From: Lingula anatina
Taxonomy: Eukaryota; Animalia; Brachiopoda
Assembly (NCBI GenBank): GCA_051362555.1
Contig: CM120644.1
Location: forward strand, 24,946,534-25,010,533
Length of the DNA stretch: 64,000 nt
Reading direction: 5' to 3'
The notes beneath the pieces were generated by a model. It did not search any database. It saw only the letters and a program-made list of their open reading frames with translations, and was not told where the DNA came from. Shown in pieces: positions 1 through 10,000 of the stretch (positions within the stretch are counted from its first letter, which is position 1; each line of letters begins with the position of its first letter). A program made the translations under genes and the position numbers.

Positions 1-33
<33 letters not shown>
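1..33. repeat. (TAA)n microsatellite
   Basis: 11 TAA units at the window start. Confidence 0.95.
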
Positions 34-35
<2 letters not shown>

Positions 36-69
36 TGTATACCAATGCTGTGATACATGTCATACTCAC

Positions 70-3000
70 CGGGAACTGACTTTCCAGGAAATATTTGTTG
101 TGTTTCAGTACCAGCTTCACCTTGCCATAACTCAGAGTACACAGCTGAAAGTGAAAAACATTGGAATGACTTCTCTGAGTGTGTCACTCAAAACAACTTG
201 AAATTACGATTTTACTCGCCCCATATCAGTAAGATTAATAATTGATACTTAAATCTTCTCATGAATGATTTAGATAAGAGGAGAGAAATAGAATATGAAA
301 AGGTGAAAAAGAAATAAAACAAGGAGCCATGATGGCAACTTATGAATTAGATTACGAAATTTTAATTTTAATTAAAATTTTAATCAAAATTACCAATGCT
401 ACCTGCTCACACGCACACATCTTAACCTTCTAAGGAAGTGATACAGCATTCTCATGGAAATTCTTATCAACTAAGCCAGACAGCCGACTGAAGTTGTTTT
501 TATGTGACACTGGGGCCTGGAATTATAAGAGATGACAGACATACCACCAGAACTTCTCACCTTGATAAACTCAGCAATTCCATCTGGAATGGTGGTCTTA
601 CTCAACCGCTTCAGGTACTCTATGATGTCAGCTGTCTGGAGGCCCACAGAGACAGCAGCGTACAGGGAGTACGCCGTCAGTTTGTACTCATGGATGTGCT
701 CAGGGCGACACACAGGCTGGAGAAGATGAAATGTGTCACAGTGTCACAACTGATGCAATCTGGAGTTTGGGAACAACACTTGCTCCTGTCTTGGTCATGA
801 AGTGACATCTGGTGTTGTCTTTATTATATGTGATGTTTATATGTGATTTTTTAATTCATTTTAAGTTATTTTGCATGACATTTACCTTGTCAACAAGCTA
901 CAGCTTTGACAATAAAATTATTTTCAGACAGAATGTTGCTTTTGAGAGCAGAAATTTACAAATTCAAGAAAACTTTCCTGTAACAGCTATACCCTTTCTA
1001 TTTTCTGAATTGTGCTTTAATCCCACTACATGTGGCTAAAATATTGTCAGCTGTTTGGCTCTCTCTATATATACCTCCTTCCCAGAGATTAACAAAGGAA
1101 GTTACACAGATGTTCATTTAGAGCTCATTCAGAATGGCAGACTACTATGGCTAACCCACTTAAATGCCTATTGCCTGATCCCCTTGGGGAATCTATTCAG
1201 GGTCTACTCGGGAATTAAGCTGCAATCTGTTAGTCTGCTGTTCTGAATCTGCTCTTAGACAAGACAGATGTACACTTACCTCTGATATGGCAATGAGGAA
1301 GTCATGGGCATGTTTGTAGACTGGAGAGAATGACTCCAGGAAAATATGACCGTCTGGTGCCTGATAAAACAAGGACATCAATAAGATAATTATCAACATG
1401 TTTGTAGACTGGAGAGAATGACTCCAGGAAAATATGACCGTCTGGTGCCTGATAAAACAAGGACATCAATAAGATAACTAGAGGATCAGAGAGGCGATAC
1501 CGCCTCCGAATATTGTACCACCAGCTGGAGCAAGCGCATTCGTATAGACCCCCACATACGCAAAATAAGGGACACAGCCACTAGTCTTATGCTTGACAAA
1601 TTGTAAAAATGCAATCAACAAGAATTTTCAAAATACGCAAAAAAAATATATATATAACTTAAAATGGTACAATCAAAGTTAAGTTCATTGTAAGGTAGGT
1701 CAAAGGTCAATTTCAAGGTCACAGTAAATTTCCAGTATATGACTTCCTATTCAACTTCAATAGTAACTATGGACCTATCTCTGCCAGGTTTGGAGTTAAA
1801 AGAGAAAGAAATTAGCAGAGTTCAGTTCATGATTATAAGTAGGTCAAAGGTCAATTTCAAGGTCACACTTAGATTGCCAATATATGACTTCCTATTCAAG
1901 TTCAATAGTAACTATGGACCTATCTCTGCCAGTTTTGGAGATAAAAGGGAACCAAAATTTGCAAAGTTCAATTCATGATAAAAAGTAGGTCAAAGGTCAA
2001 TTTTAAGGTCACATTTAGATTGCCAGTATATGACTTCCTATTCAACTTCAATAGTAACTATGGACCTATCTCTGCCAGTTTTGGAGTTAAAAGAGAAAGA
2101 AATTAGCAGAGTTCAGTTCATGATTATAAGTAGGTCAAAGGTCAATTTCAAGGTCACACTTAGATTGCCAATATATGACTTCCTATTCAAGTTCAATAGT
2201 AACTATGGACCTATCTCTGCCAGTTTTGGAGATAAAAGGGAACCAAAATTTGCAAAGTTCAATTCATGATAAAAAGTAGGTCAAAGCTCAATTTCAAGGT
2301 CACATTTAGATTGCCAGTATATGACTTCCTATTCAACTTCAATAGTAACTATGGACCTATCTCTGCCAGGTTTGGAGTTAAAAGAGAAAGAAATTAGCAG
2401 AGTTCAGTTCATGGTGAAAAGTAGGTCAAAGGTCAATTTAAAGGTCACATTTAGATTGCCAGTATATGACTTCCTATTCAACTTCAATAGTAACTATGGA
2501 CCTATCTCTGCTAGTTTTGGAGATAAAAGGGAAGCAAAATTTCCAAAGTTCAGTTTATGGTGAAAAGTAGGTCAAAGGTCAATTTCAAGGTCACATTTAG
2601 ATTGCCAGTATATGACTTCATATTCAAGTTCAATAGAAACTATGGACCTATCTCTGCCAGTTTTGGAGATAAAAGGGAGGCAAAATTTGCAAAGTTCAGT
2701 TCATGGCGAAAAGTAGGTCAAAGCTCAATTTCAAGGTCACAGTAAGATTGCCAGTATATGACTTCCTATTCAAGTTCAATAGTAACTATAGACCTATCTC
2801 TGCCAGTTTTGGAGATAAAAGGGAACCAAAATTTGCAAAGTTCAATTCATGATAAAAAGTAGGTCAAAGGTCAATTTCAAGGTCACATTTAGATTGCCAG
2901 TATATGACTTCCTATTCAACTTCAATAGTAACTATGGACCTATCTCTGCTAGTTTTGGAGATAAAAGGGAAGCAAAATTTCTAAAGTTCAGTTCATGGTG

Positions 3001-6000
3001 AAAAGTAGGTCAAAGGTCAATTTCAAGGTCACAGTAAGATTGCCAGTACATGACTTCCTATTCAACTTCAATAGTAACTATGGACCTATCTCTGCCAGTT
3101 TTGGAGATATAAGGGACTAAATGTTATAATTTCGGAGTTACCTTAATGTGCCATAAATTTCCTACAGAAAAAAATAATTAAAATAAAGAAAAGGTCATTT
3201 TGGTCAAAATTCTTGAAATGGGAGGTGCTCTGAAGTTCCAGAAGTTCAAATTTGATGAAATAATGTCATTTTTGACCACAAGTTGTCTGCTTTGCCAAGC
3301 CTTATGTTTTATTTTTCCGGAGTTCAAAATTTATTATCCATTACCGTACTGCACATTTTGCTTTCACCACCAATATGTACTTTTTGATACAGCATAACTC
3401 GAAAACCGTATGGAATACAAAAAAACGGAGACCACCTCCAGTGTTGGGCTTTACATGCTCTACAAAATGCAAAAAAGAATGGGTCTCTAGCATTAACGGT
3501 TCCCAAATTAGAGACAGTTTTCAGTTTCGGTATCTTATGGCCGCTACACCCGTGAAAATGCACCGATTGACCCCAAATTCACACAAATGAAAGATGACCT
3601 GAAGGGTAACATTTTCCAATAATATTATTGGTTAAGTCTGTGTGGTGTCTGAATAACAGCGCAAATAAATTTTTTTTCGAAAAAAAATTCATTTTTTTGA
3701 AAATTTTTGCCCGTTTGACCTTGAAATAAAGGTCAAAGGTCAAATCCAAGGGCATATTTGAAATCTACACATATGACTTTTGGAAAGCCGTCTGTAGAAA
3801 TTTTTCCCATAATTCCTTCCGTAGGGTAGATAATTAGCATTTAATTTTGCCATTTTTGGACAAGGGTGCATTGCAATGAGTGCCACACCTAGACCCCAAT
3901 ACCGACAAAGCCCAAATTTTACGTGGAACGAGTTGAGATTATAGGTGACCTAAATCCAAGAGATGGGTATGGGGGCCCTTACTGTCTAGGAGGAGAAGCG
4001 GTAACGGTAACATGGCGGCGGAGCCGGCGGAGCCGCAGGAGCCGGCGGAGCCGGCGGAACGGACGGGACGGGACTAAAACCATGTGTACCGCCAGCGCTA
4101 ACGCTGGTGGTACAATTATCAACATGTTTGTAGACTGGTGAGAATGACTCTAGAAAAATATGACCGTCTGGTGCCTGATAAAACAAGGACATCAATAAGA
4201 TAATTATCAACATGTTTGTAGACTGGTGAGAATGACTCTAGAAAAATATGACCGTCTGGTGCCTGATAAAACAAGGACATCAATAAGATAATTATCAACA
4301 TGTTTGTAGACTGGTGAGAATGACTCTAGAAAAATATGACCGTCTGGTGCCTGACAAAACAAGGACATCAATAAGATAATTATCAACATGTTTGTAGACT
4401 GGTGAGAATGACTCTAGAAAAATATGACCGTCTGGTGCCTGACAAAACAAGGACATCAATAAGATAATTATCAACATGTTTGTAGACTGGTGAGAATGAC
4501 TCTAGAAAAATATGACCGTCTGGTGCCTGATAAAACAAGGACATCAATAAGATAATTATCAACATGTTTGTAGACTGGTGAGAATGACTCTAGAAAAATA
4601 TGACCATCTGGTGCCTGATAAAACAAGGACATCAATAAGATAATTATCAACATGTTTGTAGACTGGTGAGAATGACTCTAGAAAAGATGTGACCATCTGA
4701 TGCCTGGGAAAAGAAGGACATCAATTAAAAAGAACATGGACATATTAAATCATGATATCAAATATGAAATCAATAAATTTCTGTAACATGTATAGAAGCA
4801 ATTCATTTCACAAGAAAGTAACTATAGATTAAAATTCATAATAACTCAATGATTTTAACTACTAGTTTTCTACACAATAGTTTGTACAATGACAATGTTC
4901 TCAGCAAATGCACCCAGTCCAACACCAGCCATTTTTATACAATTTGTCCTGCCTACGAAAATGAAACTGATACTAGGCTAATAAAAATATCTGTTAATTT
5001 CTTCAATGACTGACCACTATTTCTGCTTTGAGATAGTAGAATCTTAGGCAACATTCACAATGAGTTAGGTCGACCTAGCTAGTGCAACTGAACTCAACAA
5101 GGTCTCCGACTGAATGTATTTAAATATTATGTCGCTTTCCACCCTGCTGGCTTAGAGAAGCACATCTAAGGGACCATTCTCAGACCCAGCCGTACTAAAT
5201 GTGGATTGATCTATCTCCATATGTGACCCAGTCTTACTCACCACCCAGAGAGGTCTTGACTTATGGTCCAGTTTCAGCTGTAGTATACTTCTATAGTCTT
5301 TAGCTCCATATTCATCCTCTGGACCCGACTCTTTCACTTGTCTTGACGCCGCCTCTGGTGCATCTAGGATAGGGAAATATGCTGTAATAGGCTTTTCCAA
5401 ACCAAACAAGCCAGCTAAATATGACAGATGAATTTTAAAACAGAATACAAAGAGATAAATTTTGGGCCATTATGATTAACATTTTGCAGATGTATGAAAA
5501 AAACTAATACAAAAGAATATGGCTTTTTGACAAAAGAGTTAAATGAGAGAAGCCTGAAGGACTTCCCAAAAACACTTCTTGAATTGTTACATTCAGTACA
5601 GAACAACATATAAGAACTGTAAAAAATACAAAAAATTTTCTCAAATAGATTGAGAACACTAGATCCCACCAAGTCAGCACTGACTACACAGAGTACGCTC
5701 CTCTGCGAAATTACAGTGTAATCACTAGTCATGAGCCAACAGTACAAGTACCAGAAGTGATATTGCTATTTTGATAGAGTAAAACATTTTAGCGCTACAT
5801 AAAAAGGGAGTGTACTCACCTAAAGTGGTGGATTCTGTGTCCTGGGTGTCTTCATCATCATCTGAATCAGAGGCATACTTTGGGCGCTTGGACTTCTTCC
5901 CACCTACCAATAAGCAACAGTTAATGAAATCATTCAACATTTGGTCATTTATCATTTCTTTTCTACAATGCATTTTAATGATGCCGGCAGAATATATATT

Positions 6001-6246
6001 AATATGCTTGGAGTATTCAGACATTTTAAAATGTGCTTCAGCATGAAAAAATAAATAAATTCTGGGTTTAATGTCTAACCACGGAAAAGGACCAATAAAT
6101 TAACACGAGGGGAGCAATTTAAGTGACTGAGTTACTGTAATATTACCAGCCAAGGTGTAAATTATTGGTTTGATTTTCAGTTTTTTTTTTTTTCGATTAA
6201 TCATACCCTTATCTTTATCTTTCTTAGATCTTTTTGCACCTCCCAT
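70..6246 (-). CDS. ERCC3: TFIIH helicase XPB, 5' part; coding exons 6207-6246, 5820-5903, 5242-5363, 1280-1360, 561-716, 70-144; gene continues left of the window
   Basis: Phase-consistent GT-AG exons translate to [13 protein letters not shown]...[81 protein letters not shown]...[25 protein letters not shown], the recognisable N-terminal domain of XPB. Confidence 0.96.
1478..4115 (-). mobile_element. Non-autonomous Helentron-type (HINE/DINE-1-like) element with an internal ~146-bp satellite
   Basis: Subterminal inverted repeat TTGTACCACCAGC/GCTGGTGGTACAA, terminal hairpin, GCCGGCGGA microsatellite, GAGGCG-ATAC-CGCCTC hairpin next to a CTAG end, AA^TT insertion without TSD; second copy at 15395-18282. 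Confidence 0.85.
1690..3115. repeat. ~146-bp satellite array (about 10 units, partly a 291-bp dimer) carrying AGGTCAAAGGTCA
   Basis: GTAGGTCAAAGGTCAATTTCAAGGTCAC recurs every ~146 bp; near-identical ORFs at 1739, 2030 and 2321 give a 291-bp period. Confidence 0.93.
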
Positions 6247-6630
6247 CCTTGTTGCCTTAGCTACTTTCTTCAGCTATGACCATAACATACTGTGAAGAGT
6301 GCATACAGCTAAAATCTTCTAAATCTTCGTCTCTTGATTATGACAGCATTTCAGCAGAGCTTCGCTATGTGCGCAAGCTGCAAAGTTGGACATAGCTACA
6401 ACAGATGCGCTTATAATAAATAAGTAAAACCACATAATTCTCTATTAAAATTTTAAAAAATGAAGTAGAATATTCAATAAGCATAGAATTGATCAAAGTA
6501 GGATACATTTGTTACAATTATATAATATTTCTAATGACTTTTTCTCAACATATTGCGCGCGTTTTTTTTACTTCCGGCTTCATTTGCAAAGGCTCGTGGC
6601 GTGGAAAAGTGGTAGCCTTATAAGATATGG
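6247..6630. promoter_or_regulatory. Putative bidirectional promoter between ERCC3 and the TARBP2-like gene
   Basis: Divergent start codons about 800 bp apart; ETS-type ACTTCCGG at 6570-6577; local CpG enrichment; candidate first-exon donor ATG|GTAAAG at 6629/6630. Confidence 0.6.
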
Positions 6631-7051
6631 TAAAGTTATTAGTTAAAGACTTTCTGTATGTTACAGAATTGTATTTCAAATTATTGCAGATATCGTGAAC
6701 GACTGTTTCATGTGAAAACGTTGTCTGTAGTTTGTTCAGAGATCCCAGAATTGTTATTTGTTTTCCGGCTTCTTGGTTGTCATTGAACAGCGTGTGACTT
6801 TTTATGTTGTTGTTTATGTATGCTAATAATAGAAGAACGTTCGGTTTGCCGATGAGTGTGCGAATATTTCAATTTGGTTCATAAAATTTAATATTAGATA
6901 ACTAGATTAATGGGTTAACTGTGCAATTTTTTAATAAGTTTGTTCTTAATAAACTTTAAAGATCGTCAAGTAAAATTACAGATATTTATTTAAAAGATTA
7001 TCGTCAAGTTTCTTATAATGACATATATTTTATGATGCGTTCTGTCTTCAG

Positions 7052-10000
7052 ATGGAATCTCTCCCCGGTCAGGTCCCCCTGCCACCCCCCGTGGCGGCGG
7101 GACCCCCCTCATTGCCTCCCACCAACCAGATGCAGAATAAAACTCCCATTAGCTTATTACAGGTAGATATTGTTTTAAAAGGGACAATAACAATTGGAAT
7201 TAGATCCTTATGTCACAATAATTACACTGTAAACAACTCATAGACATATAATGCATTCTATTTTACCACAAAAACAGCAGTTATAGCTATTATTCTGAAA
7301 TCTGTGCTTACTGATGAGAATAAAAACGTAATTTTCTTTCTTGGTAATGATCAGAATTTTATAAATAATAGATTCATTGGGAAAATAAAGTTAAAGAAAT
7401 CATGCTTGTTTATATTATTATTTATAATTTTTCTGTGTCTTATATGTAGGAAATCTGTACTAAGCGGGGTATCACACCACAATACGATCTTATTGCAAAT
7501 GAGGGGGCTGTCCACGAACCAACTTTTGTGTTTCGTGCCTCGGCTGGTGGGTTCACAGGGACGGGAAAGGGTAAGTTGCTCCATCACTCCTGAGATGGAA
7601 TGATTTCAATTTCAGGGCAAAATTGTATTGATTTAATTAAAAAGCATATACTGGTTGAGACCTTAATATGTAAGAATGATAATTATATATGTAACAGTAT
7701 ACATACATTTTTTTTTATTGCTTTAGCATTTTTAGTAAGCAGACATTTTGATATATTTTTCAATCTTCAAAGAGGAGATAAAAACAGTTCAACTTACTTG
7801 TTAATATTTACCTCTCATCCACAGGTCCCAGTAAGAAGAAAGCCAAACACAACGCTGCCAGGGCAGTTTTGAACCAGATGATGGGACAAAGTAGTACAGC
7901 TGATACTGTAGTATATGAACCCCCTCAGTAAGTTCTATATAACAAGGAAATAACATCTAATATAACAATGTTGAACCAGATGATACTGTAGTATATGAAC
8001 CCCCTCAGTAAGTTCTATATAACAAGGAAATAACATCTAATATAACAATGTTGAACCAGATGATACTGTAGTATATGAACCCCCTCAGTAAGTTAATTGA
8101 TTAAAACTTTGAGCAAAACCACATGGTCTTTATCTTTAAACCCTTAAAGAAACTTGAATAGACATAAAATAAATTGTTTGCCAAAGGTTCAGTTAGAAGT
8201 GAACTCATAACAGTTGGTAAGTAGCAAGAGCTCTCTTTTTCCCCCTGAAAAATATATATTTAGTGGTTATGAGGCCTTTATCTGAAAAGCACAAGAAAAT
8301 GAAAAAAAAAAATCATGTTATATGTGTGTTATATTTTTCACAGCAATTTTGATACCCTCATGTTATTTGCTCATTTGTATGTTTTTACCTTCGCCAAAGA
8401 GGTTATGTTTTCACCCCTGTTTGTCTGTTTGTTTATTTGTTTGGTTGTTTGTTTGTTTGTCATCGACATAACTCAAAAAGTTATTGACGGATTTTGATGA
8501 AATTTTCAGGCACTGTCAGAAGTGGGCCAAGAAACAGATGATTAGTTTTTGGTGGTGATCTGTGTCAATAATCAATCAATAATCAATAATAATAAAAAAT
8601 CGTTGCCTTGGCGGAGGTCTGCGCTCTCTGAGTGCTTTTTTTAAAATTTAAATCAGAAACCTGTGGTTCAGAAACACAAGGATTCCCAGTGACAATAAAA
8701 TCTGTTTTGTTTCCAGAGAAGTGGCTGCTCCAACAACTACTGTAGATGGCGCTGCAGTCAACCCTATTGGAGAACTGCAGGAGTTTACTCAGAAACGTCT
8801 ACTGAGACCGCCGCAGTATGAGTTCACCTGTGAGCAGGGACCTCCACACGCTAGAGAGTTTGTGTGCATTGTGAAATTGGGGAAAATAACAGAGACAGGT
8901 GAAGGATAAGTAGTATTAAGTTATCATAAGTTAAAACTGTCAGTATTTCCCAAGTCAACCCCAATGTCAGTGGTGTCAGTTGCTAGTGTAAATATACTAT
9001 CCCACGTGTCACAATTGGTAAATAAATGATAATAAGATTGAAGTTTAAATTTCTTACATGTGAAAAAAAATACTGTGAAACTTTGTGGAATAAGAGAGAC
9101 ATTGGCAGCCATTTGAGAATATTGTAGACTGGTGAAAGTACACATATAATAACTAAAAGCTAAACATAACACAATTTGGAGGTGTAATAATACCAGAATT
9201 ACAGACTGAACCATTGTATTTGAGGAGCACCTGCTTGCTTTGACTTTGAACTATGTTATCAGAATATCTGACAAAATGGGTATAACAGTTTTTGTTTGAA
9301 GTGAGTACAGATTTGAAACAGAAAAAGTCAATAATTTACAATCCTGAATTGTCTCAATATATGCCATTCAGGCACTGGGAAATCTAAGAAGAAAGCCAAG
9401 CGCAATGCCGCCATGAAGATGATGCAGGCAGTTGCTGTGACGTCTCTGCCGCAGGAAGATCTAGATGGTCCCGGGGAGGAAGAGGACGACGTTCTTCTGG
9501 TAAGACATGACTTAATTCTGGATAAGCAGGTGAGATAATCCTCCTTAATTAGTGAGTTATCAATCCACCTTTTATATTCCTCCAATATCTCTTACTCTAC
9601 CCCAAACTGACTTTGATAGATCTGTTTGAGAGAAAAATGTTTTGTCTATTAATAAAAATCCACTCCTATGTTTTGTATGGACTCCAGTACAACTGCATAT
9701 TTTATATTTTGATAAAAGTTCACTCCTATGTTTCAGATGGACTCCAGTAAGTCTGCGTATGCTGCTCTGAAGGAAGGCAAGAAAGTGCCCACCCTGACTT
9801 CCAGTGCCAGCAAAAAGATCAGTTCATTCTACACCCAGCTCAAAAATGCCTCAGGTAAATACTGCTGGTCTGGTCCACTGCTCTGAGGTCACATGTTGAC
9901 CTGCTGGTCTGACCCACTGCTCTGAGGTCACATGTTGACCTGCTGGTCTGGTCCACTGCTCTGAGGTCACATGTTGACCTGCTGGTATGGTCTACTGCTC

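Larger units (their letters stand above)
1389..4720 (-). repeat. 88-bp tandem array of the ERCC3 exon 4 splice acceptor plus exon start (one extra copy at 1389-1477, seven at about 4116-4720), split by a transposon
   Basis: Unit repeats with exon-start positions at 1448, 4174, 4262, 4350, 4438, 4526, 4614 and about 4703; the ORF track shows repeated [18 protein letters not shown]. Confidence 0.95.

Noticed and set aside
1690-3115. Regular repeats resembling a CRISPR array (also 4116-4720, 9863-10997, 16380-18080)
   Set aside because: Head-to-tail units with no unique spacers, eukaryotic context and no cas genes
4119-4653. Series of 60-aa ORFs as extra or mutually exclusive ERCC3 exons
   Set aside because: Copies have only the acceptor and exon start, with no donor, and the 88-nt period is out of frame
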